Shown here: positions 10,181 to 20,490 of the stretch, piece by piece | Layout of the letters: the number at the start of each line of letters is the position of its first letter | Position numbering within the stretch: position 1 is the stretch's first letter | Source of the DNA: an uncultured virus (IMG/VR IMGVR_UViG_3300024507_000487) | Taxonomy: Duplodnaviria > Heunggongvirae > Uroviricota > Caudoviricetes | Virus record (IMG/VR): IMGVR_UViG_3300024507_000487 | DNA: 64,000 nt | Strand: one strand, 5' to 3' | The notes under the pieces: model-generated | Databases searched by the model: none | What the model was told of the DNA's origin: nothing | Seen by the model: the letters and a program-made list of their open reading frames with translations, nothing else | Made by a program: the position numbers and the translations under genes

Positions 10181-11193
10181 TAAAGAACTCCTTTGCTTAA
10201 TAAATTTTCATTTATTTTATTTTCATAGTTTTCAAAATTTATATTTTTTAAAACACGAATTAATCTATGGTGATATGTATGATTGTTATAAATATGTTTC
10301 TTTATTGCGTTACAACTATCTTTATATTGATCAATATTTTTTAAAACCTCTAAGACTTTATTTAAATAATTTTCTTGATTATCTGCATATATACCAATGT
10401 CATTAAAAATAAAATCAGTATCTGTATTTTTTTGCATGACGGTTATTCCATTGCAAGAAAACACATCAAATAAAAATTGAGGTATTCCAAAACCATATTC
10501 ATAATTGTGTTTTTGATAAATTGTTGGACATACCTTTGCAGAGGCAATAACATCTTTTATTTCTTTGTTATCGACAAAGCCAAGATAATTAAATAATTGA
10601 CATTTATTTTTTCCAAAAATCTTTATTGATAGTTCTTTATTTTTGAGCAAATTAAAAAATACGCTTTCAAATTCTTTAGATTTATAATTTGTGTAATTAC
10701 CTACATATGATAAATCTGATATGAATTTTTCTTGTATAATAGGATTAAAACAAAGATAAATATCGCAAGCAGATGCAAAATCAAGGGTGTTAATTCCTAA
10801 ATCTAGCCATTTACTCGAACATAAACTTAATGTTTTTTCTGTACAGTTTTGTAATAGTACATCTGGCTTGCCAGTTTGTTCCATCAACTCTTTAATATTT
10901 GTGTATTCTTCTTCTGTACAAAAATTTTTATTACTAATCCCATCCAATGTATAAGAACCGAGCAATATAACTTTTGTATTATTATATTTTTTTAAACATT
11001 TTATAATTGATTTATTAATACTTGAAGTGCAACTTATAAATAAATCAGGTTCTCTTTCATAAAATGCATCAAATGCCGATTTTTGATTGTTATCCCAAAA
11101 AACAAATTCATCTCCTATATCAGAAAATATTTTTCCAATAGCTGAGAGTTTTCTATATTGCTTTCCGTTTTCTTGCTTACAAAGTATTTTCAT
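10180..11193 (-). CDS. CgeB-like glycosyltransferase (GT-B)
   Basis: SDLSYVGN, IKIFG, LFDVFSCNG and C-terminal HTYHHRL motifs. Confidence 0.7.
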   Translation of the reverse strand: MKILCKQENGKQYRKLSAIGKIFSDIGDEFVFWDNNQKSAFDAFYEREPDLFISCTSSINKSIIKCLKKYNNTKVILLGSYTLDGISNKNFCTEEEYTNIKELMEQTGKPDVLLQNCTEKTLSLCSSKWLDLGINTLDFASACDIYLCFNPIIQEKFISDLSYVGNYTNYKSKEFESVFFNLLKNKELSIKIFGKNKCQLFNYLGFVDNKEIKDVIASAKVCPTIYQKHNYEYGFGIPQFLFDVFSCNGITVMQKNTDTDFIFNDIGIYADNQENYLNKVLEVLKNIDQYKDSCNAIKKHIYNNHTYHHRLIRVLKNINFENYENKINENLLSKGVL

Positions 11194-11857
11194 TTTTTTT
11201 CACAAACTTCTTTGCTTTTGTTATGTCTAAATATGTATCTATTTCTACTATTTCTTCAATAAACTTTACTTTTAACTTAACTCCAAAATCTATCATTCTA
11301 TTCAATATTTCAAAACCAAACCACTTGTCAGTTTTTACATCGCTAGAGATTCTTAAAAAAATGTTTTTATCTTTTTCTTTTAAAAAAACTATGTGCGCCC
11401 ACTTTGGACATATTCCATAACTAAAATGTTCAGCATATCCATCTATAACATTAACTCCTACTTCAGAAGTTCTTTTGCTGTTCTTTTCAACAAGAATAAA
11501 GCTTTCCGAAAAATCAAAATTACTAAAAATAGATTTATTAAAAACAATATCGCCATAAATAATTAAACAGTCTTTGCTTACAGAATTTGATATTCCAATA
11601 TTTATTGATTTGGAAACATTTGTATTTTGAAAATCTTTATTAACTATAACTTTTGGATCGTTATTTTGAAATAATAACTTTTCTTTTTGAAATCCTAAAA
11701 CTACAATTGTTTCTGTTTTTCCAAAACTTTTTTTAATTATTGATAATATTCTTGTGATTACAGTATTTTTTTCATCTATTTTAATATTTGCTTTTGGCCC
11801 ATGAGACTTCATGCGCTTTCCAATTCCGGCAGCTGGAATGATAATGCACATATCCAT
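11177..11857 (-). CDS. Sugar/phosphocholine nucleotidyltransferase (LicC-like NTP transferase)
   Basis: IIIPAAGIGKRMKSHGPKA, IIYGDIVF and EIDTYLD motifs. Confidence 0.8.
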   Translation of the reverse strand: MDMCIIIPAAGIGKRMKSHGPKANIKIDEKNTVITRILSIIKKSFGKTETIVVLGFQKEKLLFQNNDPKVIVNKDFQNTNVSKSINIGISNSVSKDCLIIYGDIVFNKSIFSNFDFSESFILVEKNSKRTSEVGVNVIDGYAEHFSYGICPKWAHIVFLKEKDKNIFLRISSDVKTDKWFGFEILNRMIDFGVKLKVKFIEEIVEIDTYLDITKAKKFVKKNENTL

Positions 11858-12507
11858 TATTGCTTCACCAAATAAAGTTTTTCTGTAAATCTATGGCAAA
11901 GAAAGTTATCTCCTATAATTGATAACGGAGTTCTTTCTTTTTGAAAAAGATTATAAGGTTTAATGCTTTCTATAACTAAACGATTTGTAAAAAAATTGCA
12001 TTCATTTGATTCTTCATCTGAAGAAAATGATTTTTTATAATTAGTAAATTTATAACCATTTTTTGATAATTCTTCATTGTTTGAATAACACGATCCAACT
12101 ATATAACTGCCATTATTTAAAATGGACGATGCCTTTTTTAAAAAATCTGGATAAAAAATAACATTTGGTTCAAAAAAACCACAAATATCATATTTATTTA
12201 AATATGTATACATAATATAATTTTTAACAGCATTTTTTTTATTGTCACACATTTTAATAAGTATTAGTTTAATATTATTAAAAATACCTTTTGTTAGAAC
12301 AAACCCTTCTTCAGTTTCTTCTATTTCAATATTTCCCATTAGATCAATAATGTTATCATCAACATCAGATGAAATATCTGTATCTATTAAATATAGATCT
12401 GTTTTTTTATTAGATGCCAATGATAAACTTTGTATAAAATCTTTTATAAAAGCATATCGTTGTTCTAAACAGACAAGTATTCCTATGCTTGTTTCATCGA
12501 AGGACAT
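11857..12507 (-). CDS. Divergent GT2-like protein
   Basis: LYLIDTD, GFFEPNVIFYPDFL, GSCYSN; GT-A-like order of elements but no DxD. Confidence 0.4.
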   Translation of the reverse strand: MSFDETSIGILVCLEQRYAFIKDFIQSLSLASNKKTDLYLIDTDISSDVDDNIIDLMGNIEIEETEEGFVLTKGIFNNIKLILIKMCDNKKNAVKNYIMYTYLNKYDICGFFEPNVIFYPDFLKKASSILNNGSYIVGSCYSNNEELSKNGYKFTNYKKSFSSDEESNECNFFTNRLVIESIKPYNLFQKERTPLSIIGDNFLCHRFTEKLYLVKQ

Positions 12508-13313
12508 ATATCTTTAATATCCTGCACTAAGTGTGTTAAATTTTGATCTTTAGCAAGGAAATCTATTTTATCTGAAATAAAAGAAAATTTGATATTGTTT
12601 TCTTCGTTTATGGCATCTTTGTTACCGCCAAATATATTAAAGCATTTATTTTGAAATAATGCTCCATTGTCTTTCTCTGCTTTTAAGAATATAAAACGAT
12701 TTAATTTTTCATTAATGCTAAAATCAATAGATTGAACATAATCAATAGGTATTTCAAAACCGCTAAAAAATACAGCAGAGAAAACGGACTTAGATTTTTC
12801 AACTATTTCATCTATGCCATCTTTATATGAAAATTCATCATGTACCATTTGTTTTACAAACCATTTAACATTACATTCAATTGGTTTGATGGCGTTCATT
12901 AATGCCCCTATTTTTATTGGGCATTTCTTTTCTAAAATAAAATGTATACACTCAAATTGAGTGTTTTGATTTAAAGCAGATTTAAATGTTTTAATTACAT
13001 CATCTATGTTATTAGACTCTTCTTTTAAAATGATTAAACATGTAATTCTTGTTGTTATATCTTTTCTAACTTTTTGTATTTTTTGTTCTAATGTTAGATC
13101 TTTTCCCCAAGGATCTCTCCTAATAGCCATGCACAATCTATTCTTAATTACATAAAATTTATCTGTTTCATCTTCAGCTTCAATAATTTCACACCCAGCA
13201 TTTTTAAACTTTTCTAAATTTCCGTATTTGCATCCAGTCTGGGTATTTCCATATTTATCAGAAAATACACAATACTTACAAGCTGTGTCCATAAACTTAT
13301 CATTTTCGCTCAA
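12483..13313 (-). CDS. Hypothetical protein (Cys-rich N-terminus, possible GT-like C-terminus)
   Basis: CKYC...GC...C N-terminus; overlaps neighbours in operon. Confidence 0.5.
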   Translation of the reverse strand: MSENDKFMDTACKYCVFSDKYGNTQTGCKYGNLEKFKNAGCEIIEAEDETDKFYVIKNRLCMAIRRDPWGKDLTLEQKIQKVRKDITTRITCLIILKEESNNIDDVIKTFKSALNQNTQFECIHFILEKKCPIKIGALMNAIKPIECNVKWFVKQMVHDEFSYKDGIDEIVEKSKSVFSAVFFSGFEIPIDYVQSIDFSINEKLNRFIFLKAEKDNGALFQNKCFNIFGGNKDAINEENNIKFSFISDKIDFLAKDQNLTHLVQDIKDICPSMKQA

Positions 13314-13801
13314 GGTCTTTCTCCTTCTATAACAACATAATGCTCAATAAATTTAATGTTTTTAATACTTAATCCAAGATTGTTGAATTTTTCTTTTATA
13401 GAATCAATAGTTAAACAAGCTTTCTTAACATCCCATCCTTCTATACATTTTCCATAAATAATTTCTTGGGCTTTTCCGTATTCGATTTGCCCTGTATATA
13501 TTCTTCTTGCAACAGAAACTATATCTGTAAAGCCAATTTTTAATAATCCTTTGTGAGCAAGTTTAGAAATCCATTGTGTTAATACAGAATCAATTTTATT
13601 ATATGAAACATAGTCAATAACATTCATGGCAATTATTTCTTCTGCTTCATTATCTTCTAAGTGTTGTTCTAAAATAGTTGGATTGCCTTCAACTATTAAT
13701 GGATAGTCTTCTTTTGTTGCGGTAGGATCAATATTTAAATATCCATTTTTAGCTAAATGTTTTTGATTTATCAAAAGATTTACTTTCATATGTTTTCCCA
13801 C
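13310..13801 (-). CDS. Divergent class I SAM-methyltransferase-like protein
   Basis: GYLNID...DNEAEEIIAMNVIDY...LAHKGLLKI resembles Methyltransf_11; glycine-rich motif I is lost. Confidence 0.55.
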   Translation of the reverse strand: MGKHMKVNLLINQKHLAKNGYLNIDPTATKEDYPLIVEGNPTILEQHLEDNEAEEIIAMNVIDYVSYNKIDSVLTQWISKLAHKGLLKIGFTDIVSVARRIYTGQIEYGKAQEIIYGKCIEGWDVKKACLTIDSIKEKFNNLGLSIKNIKFIEHYVVIEGERP

Positions 13802-14619
13802 CAGTTCTTTTTAATTTCATTTTTAAATAAGATATCCCAACTATTTAAATAATTATCAAAAGAAAACTTATTAACAATAGTAGATCTTGCATTATTACAA
13901 ATAGCCATTAAATGTTCTTTAGAAGATATTACTTTTTCACATATAGTTTTCATTTGTTTAAAATCTTCGCATAAAAATCCATTTTCTCCATGAATAATAA
14001 TTTTTTCATTTTCTTTTGTTTTAAACGCAATTGGACAACAAGCCGAAGACATTGCTTCTAACATAGATAATGACATTTTTTCATTTTTAGAAAAATTTAA
14101 ATAAACAATGCCTGTCTTATATATATTTAAAAGATCTTTAAAATTTCTTCTATTTTTATTATCTAGCATAAGAAAATTTAAATTTGATGTTACATAATTG
14201 ATCTCATTATGATTTACTTCTGATTTTCCATTTATATAGAAAAAAAGATTTGTTTTTTTAGAGTCTGGTATAAACAGATTTGTATCTATAGACAAGTCAT
14301 TTAAAAACTTAGTATTTTGTATTCCTAAATAAAAAGATAAATAATCATTCATTCCAGTAAAACTTAAAAATAAATCAAATGCATATTCATTTAAACTATA
14401 AAAACATTCTTCGTAATTTTGTAAAAGGTATATGTTGTCTGGTTTGTTTCTAAAATCTTTGTTCCAAGGTTCTTTGTTTTTTCTTGGTAATACATAAAAA
14501 TTGTGATTCGTTTTTGCTAAATCAAACAATATTCTTTCATCATATAATTCAGTCAATATATTAAGAGTTTGTTTGTTCTCTCTTAATTTCCAAACTATAG
14601 CATTAATTTGATTAGGCAT
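13786..14619 (-). CDS. Glycosyltransferase family 4
   Basis: SMLEAMSSACCPI...IIHGENGFL...NARSTIVNKFS. Confidence 0.8.
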   Translation of the reverse strand: MPNQINAIVWKLRENKQTLNILTELYDERILFDLAKTNHNFYVLPRKNKEPWNKDFRNKPDNIYLLQNYEECFYSLNEYAFDLFLSFTGMNDYLSFYLGIQNTKFLNDLSIDTNLFIPDSKKTNLFFYINGKSEVNHNEINYVTSNLNFLMLDNKNRRNFKDLLNIYKTGIVYLNFSKNEKMSLSMLEAMSSACCPIAFKTKENEKIIIHGENGFLCEDFKQMKTICEKVISSKEHLMAICNNARSTIVNKFSFDNYLNSWDILFKNEIKKNWWENI

Positions 14620-14674
14620 AACATCTCCGCCACAATAGTTTTAATATTGTAGCAAGTGTCTTACCTAAATCAAA

Positions 14675-15409
14675 TCATTCTCCAATTTTTTCTATGATAT
14701 ATCTTACTAAGCCATGTCTTTGAACATCTTCCGATGTTAAAAAAACTTTTGAAATTTCTGGATGATCTAATTTTTTTATTATCCAATCTAAAGGATTTCC
14801 GTCATTGTGTGGCAAATCACTTTGGCTTTTATCGCCACAAACAATCATTTTTGAATTTAAACCCAATCTAGTTAAAAACATCTTTACTTGTTTTTTAGTA
14901 GCATTTTGTGCTTCATCTAATATTATAAAAGAGTTATGGAAAGTTCTTCCTCTCATAGTCTCTAGTGGACAAACTTCTATTGCTCCAGACTCTTTTAATT
15001 TTTTAATTTCGTTTTTACTTATAAAATCAGAAAATGAGTCAAAAATAGGAACCATAAAAGGATCTGTTTTTTGCTCAATATCTCCTGGCAAATAACCTAA
15101 TCCATCGCCACATTCAACTATAGGTCTACTGACAATAATTTTATCTGTTTTACCGTCTAATAAATAACCGATGGCTACACCACAAGACAAATAGCTTTTC
15201 CCAGTTCCAGCTGGGCCTGTACAAATTGTAAGAGTCGATTGATTTATAGCATCAAAAAATATGCTTTGATTTGGTGTTTTAGGCTTTATTCTTTTTTTAT
15301 TTGTTACATCCTTATTTCTTTCTTCTTTCCAATTTTCTTCTTTTTGTTTATCCTTTTCCTCTTGATTTACAAAGTCTTTCCACTTAACGATTTTCTTTCT
15401 ATTGCCCAT
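14675..15409 (-). CDS. phoH: PhoH family ATPase
   Basis: GPAGTGKS, LGYLPG, MRGRTF, ILDEAQN, LTRLG, GDKSQSD. Confidence 0.95.
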   Translation of the reverse strand: MGNRKKIVKWKDFVNQEEKDKQKEENWKEERNKDVTNKKRIKPKTPNQSIFFDAINQSTLTICTGPAGTGKSYLSCGVAIGYLLDGKTDKIIVSRPIVECGDGLGYLPGDIEQKTDPFMVPIFDSFSDFISKNEIKKLKESGAIEVCPLETMRGRTFHNSFIILDEAQNATKKQVKMFLTRLGLNSKMIVCGDKSQSDLPHNDGNPLDWIIKKLDHPEISKVFLTSEDVQRHGLVRYIIEKIGE

Positions 15410-16494
15410 TTTATATTCTCTGCAAGTATTTTGCCGATTTCGGCATGGGAAAATGAAAAAGACTTATTTATACCGTTTTCTGACTTTTTTAGTCTGTCGT
15501 TTTCATTTGTGTAAGCCTCTCTCATAAATTTTCTGGTTTTTGATATATCTAGTTGCCACCAGATTTCATCCCCACGCCATATGTCGTGTCTATCCTTAAT
15601 CATATCAAATACTTGTGATTCAATGACGGGTATCATCCAACCACAACTATCATCCATATAATCTAAATACCCCGAAGAGGCTGGTACAATTGGGGTTTTT
15701 CCAAAACACATAGCTTCAAATGCTGGTATTGACCAAGCTTCACCATGAGATGTTTGTACAAAACAATCTGAGTTATAGTGTATTGAACATATTTCTTCTT
15801 CTGAAAGTCTTGTGTTTATTAAAGCTACTTCTGGTAAATAATTAATTTTTAAAGATGTTGCTATTTTATCGCAAAAAGAGAAGAATTCTTCTTGAGAACA
15901 ATTAGTTTTAACTAATAAGCAAACATTTTCATCTTTAGAAAATTCTAAAAAATAAGACATTAATAAGGAAGCAAAGTTTTTTCTACGATTAAACTCACTT
16001 ATAGTATAAAAAATAAACTTATTATTATTCTTAATTGGTTCCATAAATTTGGGAATTTTATATGAAGTAAAATATTTATCCGTGTTTGTTGCATGAGGTA
16101 CTATTTTTATATCGTTTTTAACACCGCTTTTTATACATGCATCATTCATTTGTTTATTAAAAACAAATACAGAATCCATGCAATTTAAATTGTCTTGCCA
16201 TCCAGAACCTTTAAAATTATCGGTTTCATACGCAAACATACCTATATTACAATAGCTAGAAACATATTGCATATGATTTGGTAGTGTATGCTGAATAATT
16301 ACATCAATATTATTAGGTTCTTTTTTTTCTATGTTTTCTATATCTTCTGGTATTTTTTCTAAGTTTCTTTTATCAAAAATCAATGGTCTACAAAAAGTAT
16401 TTATACCAATAGTATTTAGGCTTCTAATATATTCAATAGCAGCTTTTGCATAACCAGTAGCGGATCTATAATCACTAATATACAGAACATTCAT
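15367..16494 (-). CDS. Glycosyltransferase family 4
   Basis: TGYAKA, RKN, SHGEAWSIPAFEAMCFGKTPI. Confidence 0.85.
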   Translation of the reverse strand: MNVLYISDYRSATGYAKAAIEYIRSLNTIGINTFCRPLIFDKRNLEKIPEDIENIEKKEPNNIDVIIQHTLPNHMQYVSSYCNIGMFAYETDNFKGSGWQDNLNCMDSVFVFNKQMNDACIKSGVKNDIKIVPHATNTDKYFTSYKIPKFMEPIKNNNKFIFYTISEFNRRKNFASLLMSYFLEFSKDENVCLLVKTNCSQEEFFSFCDKIATSLKINYLPEVALINTRLSEEEICSIHYNSDCFVQTSHGEAWSIPAFEAMCFGKTPIVPASSGYLDYMDDSCGWMIPVIESQVFDMIKDRHDIWRGDEIWWQLDISKTRKFMREAYTNENDRLKKSENGINKSFSFSHAEIGKILAENIKWAIERKSLSGKTL

Positions 16495-18050
16495 TTAGAA
16501 ACTCTCATTTCTTCCCAATGATTAATAGATTCTCTTAATTTATTTAAAAAAGCAATTATTGATTCTCTATCTGTTTTCATTCTGTTCTTTTCAAATTTGT
16601 TAAATAATTTTCTTTTAAAATCAAATTTTACTTTTTCAATTTTTTTTGATTTTACTGATAAAATGTTTTCAAATGCTGCGTCAATAAATTCGTTATCTTC
16701 TAATTTAGAGTAATTAAAATTTTTTGCCACTATATTTATCTTTGGCGAATTCCAATTTTTTGCTGGTTTTAACTTTGATATAGTGTTTATCCAAACATTA
16801 GCGGATTTATTATAACTGTAATTATCTCTTGCTGTAGATGCTATCTCAAATCGCTTTCTACTTCTTAAGAACTCTGGCAAAAGAATTAGATCTTTTAGTT
16901 TATTTGCTAAATCTATTTTATCTGGATTAGCTATTCCACGATGTGTTTCACTTTCAACGCTTAAAGAATAGTTTATTGGTGTTGCTAATATAGTTTCTGG
17001 CATATCTTGCATTGCAGAGTAGTTAACGCAAAAAACTGGCACACCACAATATGCAGCTTCTACCTGTGGCATTCCAAAACCTTCGCATATAGAATATTGA
17101 ACTAAGCAATCAAATCCATTGTATATTTTTGCCATAGATTCTTTAGAGATTCCATTTTTTGTTCCTGCTGTAAAACATGACTGATTTTTACAATTTAAAC
17201 AATAAATACAATTACCCTTCCATACAGATGGGAAAAAATAATTACATTCCTCACAAAGATATGTAAAAAATATTCTGTTTGAAACTCCTGACTCTATCAA
17301 CATTCTTGGTATGTTCCAACCAAGGTCTGGATAAGATGTATGTAGATATAAATATGTTTTAGATGCGATCTCTATAGGTAATAGAGATAACAGTCTATTA
17401 AATGCAAAAACCAGATCTGGAAAAAGTTTTCTTTTTTGGTTCCTCATTACAGAACCAATTACAAAAGAATCTTCTGGTAAACCTAATTCAAGCTTTAATT
17501 CTTTTGGATTATCAAAAGGAACAAAACAGTCATCTGCTGAAGGAGATGCTATATCAATAACATTGATTTCTGGATAATTAGATAATAGTTTTTTTGCCCA
17601 TATAGAATATGTAAGTATAGCATCGGCACAAGAATATAAAGATATCCACTCTTTTGTTTGTCCAATGCCATCAACTGGTGGCATATATACCCAATTATAG
17701 TATTCTCGTAATGGAGAATCAGATATAAAAGAATCCATCCACGGATCTCTAAAAGAAATAACCGTGTTTGGTTTAAAGTCTAAAAGAACATTTTCAAAAA
17801 CATATTTACCAAAAACATTTTCTTGATCGGATAAAAATACAGATAATTGTTCATCTGACATATTAGCAGGAACAGCTGGATATATTTTCCAAGGTACAGT
17901 TTCATCTACCTTGTCTGTATAGCTAGATATTTCTGCTATTTCAAATTGATTTGTACTATACAAACGAGTAAGAATCTCCTTGCCATAAACAGAATATCCC
18001 GTGTTTAAAGATGTGCTATCATTGACAAGGAGAATCTTATATTTTGACAT
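16491..18050 (-). CDS. Glycosyltransferase family 4 with Cys-rich insert
   Basis: NTGY, RNQKRK, EGFGMPQVEAAYCGVP; CEEC...CLNC insert. Confidence 0.85.
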   Translation of the reverse strand: MSKYKILLVNDSTSLNTGYSVYGKEILTRLYSTNQFEIAEISSYTDKVDETVPWKIYPAVPANMSDEQLSVFLSDQENVFGKYVFENVLLDFKPNTVISFRDPWMDSFISDSPLREYYNWVYMPPVDGIGQTKEWISLYSCADAILTYSIWAKKLLSNYPEINVIDIASPSADDCFVPFDNPKELKLELGLPEDSFVIGSVMRNQKRKLFPDLVFAFNRLLSLLPIEIASKTYLYLHTSYPDLGWNIPRMLIESGVSNRIFFTYLCEECNYFFPSVWKGNCIYCLNCKNQSCFTAGTKNGISKESMAKIYNGFDCLVQYSICEGFGMPQVEAAYCGVPVFCVNYSAMQDMPETILATPINYSLSVESETHRGIANPDKIDLANKLKDLILLPEFLRSRKRFEIASTARDNYSYNKSANVWINTISKLKPAKNWNSPKINIVAKNFNYSKLEDNEFIDAAFENILSVKSKKIEKVKFDFKRKLFNKFEKNRMKTDRESIIAFLNKLRESINHWEEMRVSK

Positions 18051-18051
18051 T

Positions 18052-18435
18052 TTAGATTGGGTATCCTACTGGATCTTGAAAGAAAGAGTCTTCTTCTTTT
18101 TCGTGCTTATTAGTTGGTGCTGGCCAATGAAACCTAGTTACTACAAATTTAATTCTATTTCTTTTCATGCCAGTAGTTTCATCTTTCCATGAATCACTCT
18201 TGGCAAATGTTTGAACTAGAATTCTAGAACCTTTAGAAAAGTTCTTATTAATTAATTCAGCTGTTTTATCCCAAGCTTCACAATCAATATAGGCAGTTCC
18301 CTTTTTATCGCCTTTTTCTCTTTTGTATGGAGGATTAACCGCCAATGTAAAGTTTACAACTACTTCACCGCTACTTGTTTGCACAAGCTTTGGATCACGA
18401 ACAAAATTGCCAAGAAAAATACACTCGTTCATCAA
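18052..18435 (-). CDS. ssb: Single-stranded DNA-binding protein
   Basis: LGNFVRDP, FTLAVN, IDCEAWDKTAELI, KGSRILV; acidic C-terminal tail. Confidence 0.92.
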   Translation of the reverse strand: MMNECIFLGNFVRDPKLVQTSSGEVVVNFTLAVNPPYKREKGDKKGTAYIDCEAWDKTAELINKNFSKGSRILVQTFAKSDSWKDETTGMKRNRIKFVVTRFHWPAPTNKHEKEEDSFFQDPVGYPI

Positions 18436-18442
18436 AAACTCC

Positions 18443-19570
18443 TTAAAGTTGGTTAATGTCCTTTAAAACCATAGCATCTGTTTTGCGATCACGATCAACA
18501 CGAATCAAAACAGTATTTCCTACAAATACTTTATCTAGATGCATTTCGTAAGCATCTGGAAATATTATAGCATTGTCTATTTTACAAGAAGAATCGGATA
18601 CAGTTAATCTAGCCATTCTTCTACCAGGATCTTTTCCATTTTTTGTAACTATTTCTTTAACATCTAATATTTCAACTGACAATACCATAAATCCAGTTTT
18701 ACCAAAATAAAATTCTTTGCATGTTGTATTAGCAGATTGATTTTCTATTCCATCCGTTAATGAACATGATAGTGCTATGCCAAGATTTTCTCTTTCTGAC
18801 CAAACTTTCCAAGATATTGGATCATTATATTCAGTTGGAGGATTTTCTAACATATTATATAAATCAGATGTTAATGAAATACGATTTTTATTACTGCATC
18901 CACCACCTTCTTTTTTAGGTTTTGATAAAGCTAAAATGCATTCTTTAAGATTTTTTGTTTCTTTGCAATTTTCTTTAATCCATTCTTTTTCTTTTTCTGT
19001 TAATTGATTCCAAGTTTCTAATTCAGATATAAGTTTTTGTCTATACTCGCCACACCAATCAAAACCGCCGACAGCAATAACTTTTGCTACTGATGTAGAA
19101 GAAATAGAGTCTGAACAATAAATTAAAAATTTAATCCAACTATCTATTTTTTCAGATTGAGAATTGAAGCAAGAAATAAGTTTACTTATTTGTGAAGTAC
19201 CTATTCCTTTTATATCGGACAAGCCAAACCAAATAGATTCCCCATCAGTATAAAAGTTTGACTTTAACATTCTGATATCTGGAGGATATACATTTATATT
19301 ATAAAGCTTTGCATTGTCTATTAGATCGGCAACTTCTTGAGAGCTATCAGCTTTATCTTTTGCGTAAAAAAGCCAACTCGTAAAAAATTGTACTGGGAAA
19401 TGACTTTTTAAATAAGCTGTATCATATCCAGTAAAGCCATAGGCGGAACTGTGACTGTTTGATACCGCAATTCCATTCGCATAAAAGATATGTTCTTCAT
19501 TATCAACTTCAATATCTAATGTTTCAATAATTCCTATTTTTTTAATTGACACGATTGATTCAGGCTGCAT
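18443..19570 (-). CDS. dnaE: DNA polymerase III alpha part 3 (C-terminal HhH/OB region) preceded by a 38-aa split-intein IntC
   Basis: IntC ...DIEVDNEEHIFYANGIAVSN followed by extein SHSSAYG...YLKSHFP, FGLSDIKGIG, ERENLG and an OB fold. Confidence 0.92.
   Translation of the reverse strand: MQPESIVSIKKIGIIETLDIEVDNEEHIFYANGIAVSNSHSSAYGFTGYDTAYLKSHFPVQFFTSWLFYAKDKADSSQEVADLIDNAKLYNINVYPPDIRMLKSNFYTDGESIWFGLSDIKGIGTSQISKLISCFNSQSEKIDSWIKFLIYCSDSISSTSVAKVIAVGGFDWCGEYRQKLISELETWNQLTEKEKEWIKENCKETKNLKECILALSKPKKEGGGCSNKNRISLTSDLYNMLENPPTEYNDPISWKVWSERENLGIALSCSLTDGIENQSANTTCKEFYFGKTGFMVLSVEILDVKEIVTKNGKDPGRRMARLTVSDSSCKIDNAIIFPDAYEMHLDKVFVGNTVLIRVDRDRKTDAMVLKDINQL
19457..19570 (-). mobile_element. 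Split intein C-terminal half (IntC, 38 aa)
   Basis: Block F (LDIEV...HIFYANG), terminal Ser-Asn and +1 Ser. Confidence 0.9.
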
Positions 19571-20463
19571 TGTATTTCCTTTATTATAATGCCTTCGTTA
19601 TTTAAAATATCGCTTTCCCAAAATCTAATAAGTTTTAGTTTATTATCAAGACAAAACTTATTTTTTACTTTGTCTCTATAAAAATTAATCTTTTGAGTAT
19701 TCGTTTTTGGCCCATTTGGATAAATCTTTGGATTAACATGAAAATAATCTCCGTCTACTTCAATAAATAAATTATAATCTTTTAACCAAAAATCAAAAAT
19801 CCAACATTCTATAATCTTTTCTTCTTCAAAATTTAATTTTAATTTTTGTAAAATACTTTTCATTAATAAATGAGGCTTGGTTTTTGTATGTTTAAAAGCT
19901 CCTTTTTTAATTCTGTTTAAAGTAGCTATAGACATTAATTTTTTTGAAAACTCTGAATGTTTAATTCCTGTATGACCATGAATCAATCTTTTTTTAGCAG
20001 ATATTGATTGTTTGTTTTTAGATTCTTTTGATGTTTTTTTACCAATCCTATACAAAGACATCTTTTTACCATATTCTGAATTTTTCTTATTCATCCCTAA
20101 GTTCCAAGGTTTTTTGCCAAACATTGGATTGTTTTTACCAATTCTAGAAATTTTTGCATCTTTAGACCATTTTTTTGATCCTTCGTATCTACCACATGCA
20201 TATTCTTTCCAGAAAAAACCGTTTTTATTTTTATTTCTTAAAATTATTTTTGTTTTTTTATTGCATTCTCCGCATTTACAAATAGGTCTTATTATTTTAA
20301 CTATTTTTTCAAAATAGTCTTCTAAAGAGATTTTATGAGAAACTATATGTTGAGCCATGGCTTTAGAAAAATAAACATTAGAGCCTCCATAAAATTTTTT
20401 AATTTCATGTAAGTTTTTATTACATAGAAAACATTTATTCCAAAAATTCTTTTCTATTTTCAT
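19534..20463 (-). CDS. Free-standing homing endonuclease (Zn-finger/NUMOD3 + Vsr/DUF559 domain) between the split-intein halves
   Basis: CKCGEC, GKNNPMFGKKPWN, GIKHSEFSKKLMS, FDF...FIEVDGDYFH...DKVKN...LIRFWE. Confidence 0.85.
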   Translation of the reverse strand: MKIEKNFWNKCFLCNKNLHEIKKFYGGSNVYFSKAMAQHIVSHKISLEDYFEKIVKIIRPICKCGECNKKTKIILRNKNKNGFFWKEYACGRYEGSKKWSKDAKISRIGKNNPMFGKKPWNLGMNKKNSEYGKKMSLYRIGKKTSKESKNKQSISAKKRLIHGHTGIKHSEFSKKLMSIATLNRIKKGAFKHTKTKPHLLMKSILQKLKLNFEEEKIIECWIFDFWLKDYNLFIEVDGDYFHVNPKIYPNGPKTNTQKINFYRDKVKNKFCLDNKLKLIRFWESDILNNEGIIIKEIQCSLNQSCQLKK

Positions 20464-20490
20464 AGTATCACCTATGACTTATTACACCGA

